A DNA stretch of 64,000 nucleotides from Nitrosopumilus sp. Lineage in GTDB: Archaea; Thermoproteota; Nitrososphaeria; Nitrososphaerales; Nitrosopumilaceae. The DNA is taken from the NCBI GenBank assembly GCA_965218695.1, contig OZ244651.1, positions 896,001-960,000 on the forward strand, read 5' to 3'. The notes under the pieces were generated by a model. The model worked only from the letters and a program-made list of their open reading frames with translations. It was not told where the DNA came from and searched no databases. This document shows positions 1-11,877 of the stretch, piece by piece. Position 1 is the stretch's first letter. Every line of letters begins with the position of its first letter. A program made the translations under genes and the position numbers.

Positions 1-2096
1 TGGATCTTTTGCGCCGCATTTTCCGGCAGGCGCTGCGTGCCCAAAAGCTTTATGGATCATGCCTTCCCGTGTTATGGCATGGTGCCTGTAATCGACTTGG
101 AAAAGATTGACTGGAACTCCGTAACCGACACAAAGTCCCTCTTCGAATCAGTCCTTGCCATGCTCAAATCCAAGGACGAGGAGAGCATAGCGCTGAGGAA
201 AAACATCGAGCAGTTGAAGGGGGAGGCAGAGGCCTTCTCAGGGGAACATGCGATGCTGACGGAGATGGATGCCAGGATCAAACTGCTGGAAGAAGAGAAT
301 GTGCAAAAGGACTCCGAGATAGAACAAAAGGACTCCGAGATAGAAAATCTGGGAGGGGATGTGGAGAATTTGAAGGCAGAGGTAGAGAAGCTGAGGGCAG
401 AAAACGCCGCCCTCCTGCAGGGATGCGACGTCTCGCAGGCAGTCATGGACAGGATAGCCCGCCTGGAGAGGCAGGCAACAGAGCAGGCCTCGCAGCTAAA
501 GGAGGCGCGCGCGGCCAACTCGGCGCTGGCAGCCGAGAATCTGGGCATCAAAAGCCGCCGCTCCAAGAAGCGGCTCCGGGAGTCATCCGGGCCTGCGCCG
601 GACCCGTTCAGGAAAGTCGTCTGCCTGCGCACCGGCAGGAATCCTCCCCCGATATCCGAAAAAAAGCTAGTCGACATGCCCGCCTGCCCGCACGGCCACG
701 CCCTCTCGACGGAGCCCACCGAGGTAACCTTCCGGGTAGTCGAGGAGATTATCGACGGGAAGCTGACCGGCATCCAGTATACCGTCGTCCGCAGGTACTG
801 CGGGGAATGCGGCAGGCAGTTTGTCCCCGAGATCCCCGGGGTCGTCCCAGGGGGGCGGTTCGGTGCCAGCATGACGTGCCTGGAGACTACCATGAGGATG
901 TACGACATCCCCTACGGAATCATCTGCAGTCTGATCAACATAATCCACCACGCAGGCCTTGCCAAGTCGACTGTCATCGGCCACGTGGATGCCGTTACGG
1001 GATCCCTCCACCCGCTCTACGAGGAGATGCTTGAGGAGATATTCTTCTCAGGGCATGTCTTCGGGGACGAGACCAGCTGGAGGGTAGCCGGGATGCTGTA
1101 CTGGCTGTGGGTGCTGGTAGGCGACGACTCGACTGTCTTTCACGTGGACAGGAGCCGGGGAGGCGACGTGCTGGAGACCCTGTTTGGAGGGTACGCAGGC
1201 CACGTCACCTCTGATTCACACGCTGCGTGGAACCGCATCGGCAGGACCCACCAAAAGTGCCACTACCACTACCTCCGCGAGATCATCCGCACCCTGACCA
1301 TGAAAAACCCGGGGCCAGAATTCAAAAAGTTTGCCAAGGCCCTAAAGGGGATAATCATCGATTCCTGGCACGCAGAGAAGGGACTCAACCCGAACGATGA
1401 TGCGGCCGCGCGAAACCTCAAGGTGCGCAACCTATTGGCCAGGGTGAGGCGCCTGATGTCTGGCAGCTACACCGAACCCCACTGCAAGCGGTTTGTCAAG
1501 CGGCTGCGGCGCGAGATCACCCACCTGTTCCCATTCATCCGCCTCAACACAAAGTGCCATAACAACGATGCCGAGCGCCCCCTGCGGCCCAGCGTCGCAT
1601 CCCGGAAGGTCTCAGGCGGCAGCAAGAGCCTTGCCGGCGCATACAACCACGCCGTCCTGGCCAGCATCCGCGAGACGTGCAGGATGCGCGGCGTCAACCC
1701 GCACGACTTTTTGGTCGACTACATGCGAGGCATGGTCGAAAAAATACCGGCAGCAGCAGCAGCAACGGTATAAATCCTGCAAAATCCATCCATGGCTGCC
1801 CTGCATGTCCTGCGCGACCCCCACAGCACCGGTTGCCTGACACATGTCAGGCCGCCGTGCCGGCCCGCCACCCGATTCGGGCACAACGCACCGCCCCGGA
1901 CAGCGCCAAAAAAGGCCACTTCGCAAGCCCGATCACCGGATCGGCCAAAATACAGCTCAGCCGAGCCTCATCCCCGCCCGGAAAAAACCCTGAATAATGC
2001 CAATTAAATGGGCATTTATGGCCGAAAACGTAGCTCAGTTGGTAATTAATCGGGGCAGATCAGGCACGAAATCGCTTCGCAAAGGCGACCTCTTAC
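1..2096 (+). mobile_element. IS66-family single-ORF element, long-TIR lineage, copy 1 (left end outside window); transposase 37..1773
   Basis: Coiled-coil, Cys zinc-ribbon (CPHGH..CGECG), DDE motifs GDETSW / TSDSH / HQKCHYH / NNDAERPLR; right end ...AAAGGCGACCTCTTAC at 2096 matches copy 2. Confidence 0.93.
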
Positions 2097-2103
2097 GTCG
2101 CAT

Positions 2104-3018
2104 GTGGCATATGTCTTCTTTCCGCTCCACGGGCTGTCGGGCGACTTTGATGACATCCGATTCTCTGACGATGTCTCAGTCTCACGCCTTGGCTCAAATC
2201 AATATGCAATGGTAACTGACATGGATACGGATCACGGTTATGTCCGAAAACCCGAGAAGAGGTTTCGCAAACTGCGGTACGGCGTCTTCATAAGACGAAC
2301 GCTAGAGAACGGTAGGGCCGTGTCATCGGAGAGGATGAAGGAGAAAGCGCAGAGAGTTTTGGATTCCTTCCGACTCTTCAAATCCGGCCTGATTTATACT
2401 GGTGCCATGTATTCGTACTCGCCTGATTCTTGGCCTAGGAAGAACCTGTTTACTTCAAGAGTAGGAGTAGAGAATCCACCCGAGATGGAGTCCGAGATGT
2501 TTGTCTCGGGGATCGAGATCGATCGGATTAAATGCTTCTTCACAAGGTTTACCCGATTGGAACACATTGAGCAGCAGCATTACCTGACTACATCCATCCG
2601 CAGATTCAACACATCCTATAACAACAAGCACATTGGAGACAAGATTGCTGATCTGTGTATCTCCTTGGAAACCCTTCTGAACGATTCCCCGGGAGAGATT
2701 ACTCTGAAATTATCCCTGCGTGTCGCACTGCTTTTAGGCGATACCGAAGATAACAGGGAATACCTGTGGCGATTCATAAAGAAATGCTACAACGTCCGCA
2801 GCGAGATAGTCCACGGCAAAAAGCGGAGAAGGATCACTGTCATGGGTAATACCATGACTGATCATCAGACCGCGCAGAGGCTTGAGAATGTTACTAGGCA
2901 GGCAATCACTAAGGTCGTGCTGCTGCAAGGGGGGATATCCGGCCAGAAGAATTTGCTGGATTCTCTGGACTGTTCGATTGTTAACAGGAAAAAACTGTTG
3001 GAATCAGAGAAACTATGA
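2104..3018 (+). CDS. ApeA-like HEPN-domain protein (putative RNase, defence)
   Basis: C-terminal 'ADLCISLETLL...LSLRVALLLG...YNVRSEIVHG' with the RxxxxH HEPN motif; the start may be clipped by the IS66 ending at 2096. Confidence 0.75.
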   Translation: MAYVFFPLHGLSGDFDDIRFSDDVSVSRLGSNQYAMVTDMDTDHGYVRKPEKRFRKLRYGVFIRRTLENGRAVSSERMKEKAQRVLDSFRLFKSGLIYTGAMYSYSPDSWPRKNLFTSRVGVENPPEMESEMFVSGIEIDRIKCFFTRFTRLEHIEQQHYLTTSIRRFNTSYNNKHIGDKIADLCISLETLLNDSPGEITLKLSLRVALLLGDTEDNREYLWRFIKKCYNVRSEIVHGKKRRRITVMGNTMTDHQTAQRLENVTRQAITKVVLLQGGISGQKNLLDSLDCSIVNRKKLLESEKL

Positions 3019-3022
3019 TCTA

Positions 3023-3196
3023 TAGCGACACGCCAAAGTTCGTTCCAAGAAAATTACACCAAGCCGAAAACTTTGTAGATCACCTCATCCTTTGACACAA
3101 CATGGATGAAACAGAGCGGGAAGAACTCAAAAAGGCATACAGGAAGGAGAAAGATCCTAGGGTGGCTGCAAGAATGCTCGCGGCGCACGTGGTCTA
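3023..3196 (+). pseudogene. IS630 left end and N-terminal transposase fragment
   Basis: TA|TAGCGACACGCCAAAGTTCG end; ORF from 3102 MDETEREELKKAYRKEKDPRVAARMLAAH resembles other IS630 N-termini in the window; cut by the next element. Confidence 0.8.
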
Positions 3197-4554
3197 TAGA
3201 GATTATGCGTAGTAGAGGCCAAAATGTTTCGCTAATTTACCATCTGAATTTTTAGATGCCCACGTCCATTAGCCGAAAGATTTTGATCCGGGCACACATC
3301 CCGCGCCCGCATGACACCTTCACGCGCGCCGGTTCGCAATGAAGCAAGGCTCCCAAAGGGAAGCAGGTTTCTTCCCGGCACAAGCAGGAGGGTTCTTTGC
3401 TGCATGATCAAAAGGTCTTCCCCCGGCAAGGCCAGGGACATCCTGGTCGCCTGCTGCAAGCGCAAGGGGGGCAATGGAATATGGTCCATCGCACGCGAAC
3501 TGATGAGGCCGTACTCCACCATTCGCGGCTGGCTCGTCCGGATGGTGTGGCGCGGCCTGGGCGGAAGGTTTGACCGGAAGTCGACCGGAAGGAAGAAGAT
3601 CCTGAATCCGCAGACGCTCAAGAAGATAATGGGGTGGACGCGCAGGGATCCCTCGAGGTACGGGTTCGGGCCGGCATCGTGGCGTCTGGACATGGTAAAC
3701 GAGATGATCAGGAGGGAGACCGACAGGCACGCCAGGCCCCGCACGCTGCGGAGGATCCTGCGCCGCCTCGGCCTTTCGTACTCCAAGCCTAGGCCGGCGC
3801 CGCGCAAGACCGCCCCTGCAGAGGAGCAGGACATGTTCAAGGAAATGGTGAAAATGACGATCCTGGGCGTGTCCGGGCACGGGTACGCGGTGCTGGCAGT
3901 AGACGAGGCAGGCGTCATGCGCGGGACATCGCTAGGATACGGGTGGCGCCAGGCCAAGAGCCGCGACGAGGTACGCACCGGGTTCTCCACCAAGGCAGTC
4001 AGGCTGTTCTGGGCGCTTGGACGAGACAGGGTCCACGTAAAGACCGTGGGGCGCACGAACTCCGAGACGTTCGTGGAATTTCTCAAGGAGTTGCGCCAAG
4101 AATACGGTCGGCTAGTCATACTCTTGGACAACGCGTCATACCACAGGTACAGGGTGGTAAATGAGTTCGTCAAGTCCACCTGCGGGGAGATCAAGCTGGC
4201 CTACCTCCCGCCATACACCCCGCAACTCAACCCAATCGAGATCCAGTGGAGGGTACTCAAGGAAATGCTTGCGGGAAAGTACTTCGAATCGACAGATGAC
4301 CTTGTCGGCGCAATAGCAGACCTGATCGATTCGGGCCAGATGAGGCCAGTCAGACTGATGAAATACCTCACTCACTGAACGACGAACCAAACCCCCACAG
4401 CAACACGCGCCCGTGACTCCAAACCGCATCATGCCAGCCTCACGGGCGGCATGCCCGCATGCCATAATTACGAATTCTTACCGTGCTTGATTTTTGGAAT
4501 GTTTCTCTTGGAAAATAAGCGGATCTTTATGGCCTTGACTACGCATAATCTCTA
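3197..4554 (+). mobile_element. IS630-family element, transposase 3311..4378
   Basis: TIR TAGAGATTATGCGTAGT / ACTACGCATAATCTCTA; motifs VDEAG, LDNASYH, LPPYTPQLNPIE. Confidence 0.92.
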
Positions 4555-4558
4555 TTAA

Positions 4559-5308
4559 CTATTCTTCTTCTTTGAGATGTTTTTTGAAAAATTCAATAGC
4601 ATTTAAAATTTTTTCAGGAAAAACTTCTTCTTCTGAAAGTTCAATTTCTTCTTCTTCATAAGGGAAATTAGTCATAGCAATTGAATCAATTCCACGTTTT
4701 ATATACATCCCAGTTTTTGAATCTAATCCATATCCTATTTTTTTATGATATTTATGTTGATATGGTTCTATTTCCAAACTTTGGTGCCATCTCTTTTTTT
4801 CATCATCCCAATCCACATACAAAGCATTTTTTCTTACTTCAAAATCGAATAGAAGTGAAAAATTAACTTCAATGTCCATTTCAGGATGTATCTTTTCCCG
4901 ATCTTCTGCAATTTTCTTGGCTTCACGATGATGATTTTTATATTTAGGTGGAAATTTGTCTCCATCATGAAGAGAGTCAATTGTTCGATAAACTTGACAT
5001 TCTTCAGGTAATTCTAAAAACGCTTCATCAAATTTAGGATTATGAGGTTGTGATCCACGCCCAAAAATTGTTTGCGGTACTTGGAATTTTCCTTCATTTG
5101 ATGCTTGAATACATTTTTTCAAGAGTAATGATTTACCAAATTCCTCTATTGCAATAGTGTACAACGCTACTGCTGTGGATTCGTTTCCATTATTTTTACA
5201 TAAAATTTCTGTATCATTAAGTAATTGATAAACTTTGGAAATACACAAAGTGATTCCTGTTTCTAATTGAGTTTTGGTAAGTAGAAATTTTTTTCCCAAT
5301 TTTAACAT
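4559..5308 (-). CDS. AbiV-family (HEPN-type) abortive-infection-like protein
   Basis: Motifs 'ALYTIAIEEFGK', 'HNPKF', 'RKNALYVDW' typical of AbiV; strongly AT-rich. Confidence 0.75.
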   Translation of the reverse strand: MLKLGKKFLLTKTQLETGITLCISKVYQLLNDTEILCKNNGNESTAVALYTIAIEEFGKSLLLKKCIQASNEGKFQVPQTIFGRGSQPHNPKFDEAFLELPEECQVYRTIDSLHDGDKFPPKYKNHHREAKKIAEDREKIHPEMDIEVNFSLLFDFEVRKNALYVDWDDEKKRWHQSLEIEPYQHKYHKKIGYGLDSKTGMYIKRGIDSIAMTNFPYEEEEIELSEEEVFPEKILNAIEFFKKHLKEEE

Positions 5309-5661
5309 CTAAGGATTTGGTTGATTTAAGAATTGTGATGCTAATAGTTAGTTTCACAACCTGGGTCTTAACGGCACCTCCTTGATCCAAGCGCGGGCGC
5401 TTGCGACAATCCTACACCGCGGAGTATAATTTCGTGAATAACTGCCAGATTTGATGCAGGCCCGAAGACAGGATTGCCGAATTTCTTCCAAGCCACTTGT
5501 TATTCTTGCCCCAAAATACAGGTTCGTTCAGATCCGTGAAGGGTCGTGGGGCGGCCGTTTACCGTTTCCGGACCTGCGTGCGCACGATCCCCTGCGCGCC
5601 TGCAGGCGCCTGCCTGTGCCTTTCTGTAGAGGTACCCCTCGATGTCAAGTTTTGGCAGGGA

Positions 5662-6608
5662 CTACCTCAGCCACTTGTCGATGCCGCTGCACATGGAGCT
5701 GAACCGGACGTACGGCACGTCCAGGACCGCGTGTTTCATCTGGCGCCACACCTCCTCGATCGCGTTCAGATCCGGGCAGCCGGGCGGCAGAAACTGCAGC
5801 TCCACGCTGTCCAGGCGCCCGATCTCTTCCCTGACGAACTTCGACCTGTGCTGCGGCGCGCCATCTGTGATCATCAGGATCTTCCCGAACCTTTCGCATG
5901 CGGCCTTCAGGAGCTCGACAAACTCCTTTCCGGTAAAGGAGCCGTATCTCTGGAAGAACCCCTCCCCGTCCAGCGTGATCAGGCCGAACACGATGGTCTT
6001 GGAGTGCGATCCCGTGTACGTGTAGACGCCGCGGACCCCCTTGGGCGTGTAGACGCCCTTCCTGAGCCGCGCGTCGGCCACGCATATCGCCTCGTCCTGC
6101 ACGCATACGGTGTAGCCGGCCCTCATCCTCCCCTCTATCAGCGGCCCCAGCCTCTTGCGGAACCACGCGATCTTCTGCCTGCTTGCTCTCTTCACGCGCC
6201 GTCCCATCGGAACCTTCCTGGTGAATCCCCAGCTGCGCAGCAGGAAGCGCGCGTACGGTATCGCATACTCCGTCATGTACTCCATGCCGGAACCGTCGCG
6301 AATGATATCGCGCAGGCCTTCTGCCGTCAGGTAGACTGTCTTTTTTACTTTTTTTTAACGGCCTTCAGGGTCTCGCCTGAGATCCTCGGTGGGCGGCCTG
6401 AGCGGGTGCGGGTCTGCAGGCCTGCAATGCCCCCCTTCAGGTACCGGCTGTGCCACTTGACGCCCCATGACGGGGCCATGCCCAGAAGGCGCGCGGCCCT
6501 GGTCACGCTCATTCCGTCCCTTTTCACCATCACGTTCAGCATTATCCTGTCCCGCACCTGAGGATCCTTCTCAGTCTTGCGAATCTTGAGCATCTGCTTG
6601 TATTTCAT
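5662..6608 (-). mobile_element. IS630-family transposase split by a -1 frameshift (HTH 6345..6608, DDE 5662..6285)
   Basis: Minus strand GTT AAA AAA AAG TAA (A8G); the -1 frame continues into QDEA..TDGAPQH..PDLNAIEE. Confidence 0.88.
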
Positions 6609-6805
6609 GGCCTGTCTGGGCTGTTCTGATCAATGAACTTTTCGCTGCAAGACAAGCCTTGTTCAAACCAGATGGCCGATTCCTGGTTTCCCACTGCTGT
6701 GATCTCGCACTTTTATTCGGCGGTATCGGTCTCGTTAACACAAAAGAACCGCTTTGACCCCTAAGCCTCAGCTAATCTGGCCTTTCCATCGCACTAAGTG
6801 TAATT

Positions 6806-7858
6806 TTATTTGGAAGATGAGAAAGTGGTATAAACATAATCCAATACATGGCAAATATCGTCTATTGTATTTGGGCCAAAGTCAGAATCATACGAGTACA
6901 CACGAGGTTTATGATTGGTCTTAGATTGAGTAATATTTGAGTTTTGTTTTGTTAAGATAACTCTGTTCTTATCAAGACTTAGTGTATCATTATTAGACGT
7001 AGCTGAAATAGAAATAATTACTAGTTTTTCTTTCAGTCTGTCTTGAATTATTTTGTTTAGTTCATAATCCCTATATGAAAAACCAATAACAATCAACACA
7101 TCGATGTCTTTTAATGTATTTTCAAAACGACGCAATAGTGCATTAAATGGTATTCGATTATAGTCTTTTTCACCAAGAGTCGGTGCAATCATAACATCGT
7201 AGTTGGCTCCATGCAGTCCAACATCGCCCAACTTAATTATCTCTCGTTCTTCATCATATTGTTTTTGCCAGCTAACTGAACCATGTAATTTGTTCAAATA
7301 AACCGGATTATTGCTGTGCGGTTCCCATTTATTACGCCAAAAGTACGTAAGGGAATATTCGTTCCCCACAAAACCGTCAATAACTTCCCTACTTTTATAT
7401 TCACAGTATTTTTCAATTACTAAATCGTAATTGGTGGTAATAACTTGAAATTTGTCATTGCCTTGTTTAGTCATAAGCGACTCCAGTTTTTCATAAACTG
7501 TTTCAATATCTATAACTGCGCTTGGTTCAAGCGTAAATGATTCCACAATAACATTACGGATGCTTGATTTTAAAGTAGTTAGACTATCTATTATGGTATC
7601 ATACTTCAGACTATTACCAGATAGGTAATATGTCATTGCGCGCACGATATTATAAATGGGACGGGTTCGAGAATTAATTGTATCGTCCATAATAGTATAC
7701 AAGTTTTCAATATCTGGGGATATTTCATTATTATTTAACAAATGCATAATAAATGCATTAGATCTGTGTTTTGGGATCAATTTTTTTAGAATTTGTTTCG
7801 TTGTTGGTTGGGAAACAAATACCGACGCACCAGCACCAAGAAATAATCCAGTTTTCAC
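6806..7858 (-). CDS. SIR2-like (SIR2_2) domain protein, putative defence NADase
   Basis: GAGAS, TTNYD, KLHGS, IGFSYRD motifs; AT-rich. Confidence 0.88.
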   Translation of the reverse strand: MKTGLFLGAGASVFVSQPTTKQILKKLIPKHRSNAFIMHLLNNNEISPDIENLYTIMDDTINSRTRPIYNIVRAMTYYLSGNSLKYDTIIDSLTTLKSSIRNVIVESFTLEPSAVIDIETVYEKLESLMTKQGNDKFQVITTNYDLVIEKYCEYKSREVIDGFVGNEYSLTYFWRNKWEPHSNNPVYLNKLHGSVSWQKQYDEEREIIKLGDVGLHGANYDVMIAPTLGEKDYNRIPFNALLRRFENTLKDIDVLIVIGFSYRDYELNKIIQDRLKEKLVIISISATSNNDTLSLDKNRVILTKQNSNITQSKTNHKPRVYSYDSDFGPNTIDDICHVLDYVYTTFSSSK

Positions 7859-8428
7859 ATAATCTAAAAAACAAAAAAGCTATTTAAGCTATGTGATAAC
7901 TACAGCTAAGCGAAATGTGCTTTGATCTAGGCAAAATCTGACAAGAATGCAAGCAGATCAATAAGGGTACGGCCCTATGGTTTTTGTTGTCTAGACAAAA
8001 AACCAAGCAGGGCCGCGATCTACTGAACAATCCAAGAATATATCAAGATGTCGCAAGCGGCATGAAAAACATGCTTGCCTGCGCCAACACGTCAAACAGG
8101 TACAATGCGGTATTTGGAACAGACGATCTAAATCACGGCATGCTGAGGGGAGCCACCATGGATTCGTCCGTAGGCGGGTGCGCAAACGCGGTAAAGCGCA
8201 CGCACTGCGACGCTCCCTCCGACAGGTGGCATGCATCGGCAATCAAGGGGATGGAGCAGGGCACGGTTCAGCGCGCATTCGAAGAAATGGTGGCAGTGCA
8301 ACTTGACACATTCAAAAAACTGGGCAAATTCCCAAAAGAAGGACTGGACATCGCAATCGACATGCACCTCATACCGCGTTATGACCGGGCACCCGGAGGG
8401 GAGCTGACCCGTTCCAAATACAAAAACG

Positions 8429-9954
8429 GTAAGTGTTCACGTCGTGCCTAATTCAGTTCACTCTTGGGTAAATTTTGTGCAAACCACAGATCCAAATAGG
8501 ATGGTAATCCAAACCCGATGTGAAAAGCCAGGCTGAACTCAAAAAGATGTACACGGATCTCAAGACTGAGAACATCAAGCTCAAGCAGACGATTGAGATG
8601 CAAGGGCAGATAATTGAGGAATTGAATCTGGCAGTTGCTGATCTTAAGCGCAGGCTGGTGCGGCATGACAATTACAACACCCCGTCATCACAAAAAAGGG
8701 GGCCCGGATGGCCTGACACAAAGGGAAAAGGCGACGAAAAGAATGCCTACAATAAATCCACAAAAGCCTCCCGGGATCAAAAGGACCGCGTGGATGCGGC
8801 CGGCAGCGGGAAGTCGCGCGGGGGGCAAAAAGGCCACATGGGCCGCACCCGCAAGCCAAAACCCACCGAGTTTGAGGAACACACCCCGGAGGCCTGCCCC
8901 GAATGCGGCTCGGGTAGCCTTTCCATAGTGCAGTCAGAAAAACGCGACATTACCAAGGTGGAGCGCACGATAAAGGTCATCACCACGCGCCACACCATAA
9001 ACACGTGTCGCTGCTCCTGCGGTCTGGTGGACATCAAGCCCGAGACCGGCCTTCCAGACAAGGGCAGCTACGATCCGAGCATAACGACTGATGTTGCAGA
9101 CGATTACGTGTGTCGCATGCCGTTTAGGATGATCGCAGACCGCATGTCGCGGTACGGAATTACACTCTCCTCGGGCACGGCGCACAACATAATGCGCAGG
9201 CTGGGAACGTCGCTGGGCGCCCCTGCGGCAGCCATTGCCGCCATGATACGCAAGGCCAAGATACTGCACGCCGACGAGACATCGATTCACCTAAACGGCC
9301 GCAACGTCTGGGTGTGGATACTGCACGATCCGCTGACCGGGCACGCGCTGTACGTGATACGGGACAGCCGGGGGGCAAAGGTTCTGAAAGAAGCGCTTGG
9401 GGGTTGGGACGGCACGTTAGTGTGCGACGGCTGGACGGCGTACGGAAAATACCGCGTCCAGCGCTGCTGGTCGCACATAATACGCGAGGCCAGGGACATC
9501 TGCAACCGCAATCCGGACTGCCCAGGCGCGCGCAACGTCCTGAAGCACCTGCGCATAATCTATGATTATGCCAGAAGGGCAAGCAGGAAACGCTCGCGCT
9601 CTCTCCGGGACAACGCGTCTGCCATGCTGACGTCATGCATCGAAAAGATCGTTGCAAGGTACGCCGACGATCCAATATTGGAAAAATTCATGGTCAAGAT
9701 CAGCAATGCTGGCAGCGACCTGTTCCGGTTCGTGCTGAACCCAAAGATCCCGCCTACAAACAATGCTGCAGAACGCGGGTTGCGCGAGATAGTCGTGCAC
9801 AGAAAAATACGGGGCAGCATAAGGGCAGAGGAGACGATGACGTGGATGGCGAATTTCTTTTCATGTGTAATGACATGGAAAAACAAGAAATTGGATTACT
9901 TGGCGGAGATTGCAAAATACGCCTAAAAATGAGTTAAACCACGTGAACACTTAC
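8429..9954 (+). mobile_element. IS66-family 1526-bp single-ORF element, copy A (transposase 8520..9926)
   Basis: TIR GTAAGTGTTCACGT, 8-bp TSD CAAAAACG; HADET, VCDGW, QRCWSH, TNNAAERGLR. Confidence 0.96.
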
Positions 9955-10437
9955 CAAAAACGGAACCACGTATTTTGAGCGTTACATGACAGTCCAGTGC
10001 GTAAACGACAAGATGCGCATGGTCCTTGCAGCATCATACCTCAAAAGGCTCGAATTCGTGCCTGATTACGTGGATGCAGTCCTCAAGACCATGGCAGGGA
10101 TGGGCATCAGGATCCGCCTGGCGCTGCTTGACCGGGAATTCTTCTCAGTCGACACGATAAGCAGGCTGCGGGCAAACGGCGTAAGGTACCTGATGCCGTG
10201 CAGGAACACGCCCAACGTGGTGGAAGCCCTGCAGGATTTTGCACAAGGAAAGAGGGAAAGGATCTCAACAAACGTGATTGAGAACAACCAGGGCTCCGTC
10301 GAATATTCCATGATAATAACTGAAAGAAAAAACGCCAAAGACCCTGATGTCCCGGAAGAGAAATACATCGGGTTTGCAACAAACCACCCCACAATCAAGA
10401 CGGAGGCTTATGCCAAAAGATGGGGAATAGAGACCGG

Positions 10438-11609
10438 AGACATAATCCGTAATTAGAAATTGTACATATTTTCCTATACTGTGTAGGTTTTTTGACTCCT
10501 ATCAGGTTGCTTCCCGGACTAGGAGAACCCTGAGGTTGGCAAATCCGCAGACGATGTCATTGACGGTGTCGTATTTTTTCAGGCGGTTTCGGTAGACACC
10601 GCTCATTATGCGAAACCGTTTGACCCTGCGGATGGCGTGCTCCACATACACCCGTGCCTTTGAGTGCTTTTTGTTGAATTCCTTCTGCTCGGGGGACAAT
10701 TCTGCGCCTTTTTGCTTCTTGTACGGCACTACTGCATCCCGGTCAGGAAATTCTTTGTTGATCCCCTGGTATCCGTTGTCCAGGATCTCTCTGACTTTGA
10801 TCCTTTCCTTGTCCTTGCTCCCGTCCTTGCGTGGAAGGTTGTCAGGGAATGTCGGGTGTTTCTTTTTGAATACTGCAAAGTCGTGGATCCTGCCCGGGGA
10901 ATGCCGGGTCTTGTGAATGATGAGGCCATCTGTGGCCGACGTGTACTGGATCTTGGACGTGTGCCTGTGTGCCTTGCCCGAGTAGTGGGACCGTTCCATG
11001 TCCTTGCGTCCGGGACGTTGTATCTGCTGCTCTGAGGCATCAATCAGGGCAGTCAGGCCCGGAATGATCTCCTCAAGATCGTCAAGCGTCTTGGTGGCCT
11101 TGATGTTGGCGTAGATCTTTGACGGAAGCGGAACGCACTGCCGGATCGACGGCTCCAGTGCCCCCATGCTGCGGGACACGCTAGCCTGGCCCATCTGAAA
11201 CACCATGGCAAGAAGATCCTGCGTAGCGTATGTCCTGTAATAAAACAGGACCAGAAGAAACCTGTTTTTCAGATCCAGTTTCCACCTGCGTCCGGCACCA
11301 ATGCCGCGCACCCTGCTTCTTTTGGCGAGTCGCTTTTGCTCTGCCTTGGGGTATTTTTTTGCCAGCCGCCCTGCCACCAAATTAAATTCGGAGACTGTCA
11401 GTCCAGTGCACCGGATGAACAGTTTGGGCTTTTTTGCTAATTTGTCGTATAATGACATGCTTTGACATTGGCAATCAGAATAAAACACGGCTGACGTATA
11501 GTTTTGATCATCGGGCAAGTTCGAATTGACATGCAATTCCATGCAGTCAGCCAGATTTGTCCTGCAATGCGTCCAATCTCGTGATTATGCCCAATTACGG
11601 ATGATGTCT
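10438..11609 (-). mobile_element. IS5/ISL2-like (DDE_Tnp_4) element, transposase 10502..~11458
   Basis: TIR AGACATAATCCGTAATT / AATTACGGATGATGTCT, 3-bp TSD CGG; IDASEQ, YSGK, HDF, LDNGYQG, RVYVEHAI. Confidence 0.9.
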
Positions 11610-11877
11610 CGGGTACGGTAAAATCGAGGAGTGCAGGGCCAAGACGCGGATTTCGGACATGGAATCGCGGATGTTGTGTTTTTACTATTCCCTAACATTG
11701 TACAATGAATGGATAATCGTCAGGGCAATGCTTTCTGACGGTACCGAAAGGCAGAGTGTCATGACCATGCTCACGTTCAAGGTGCAGTTGGAATCACTCC
11801 TCATACGCCAGTCCAAACCGCCTACCTGATCTCAGATGAGGCACTTTTCGCTTAGCTGAACTATGGTTGTGTCCTAG

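Larger units (their letters stand above)
7903..11858 (+). mobile_element. ISH3-like (IS4-clan) element, transposase interrupted twice (7984-8428, 9963-10437, 11610-11829)
   Basis: TIR CAGCTAAGCGAAATGTGC / GCACTTTTCGCTTAGCTG, 5-bp TSD AACTA; motifs IAIDMH, LLDREFFS, RWGIETGY rejoin after removing the two inserts. Confidence 0.9.

Noticed and set aside
6806-7858. Thoeris, SPARSA or Sir2-HerA system assignment
   Set aside because: No SLOG/Macro domain, pAgo, TIR or HerA partner visible nearby
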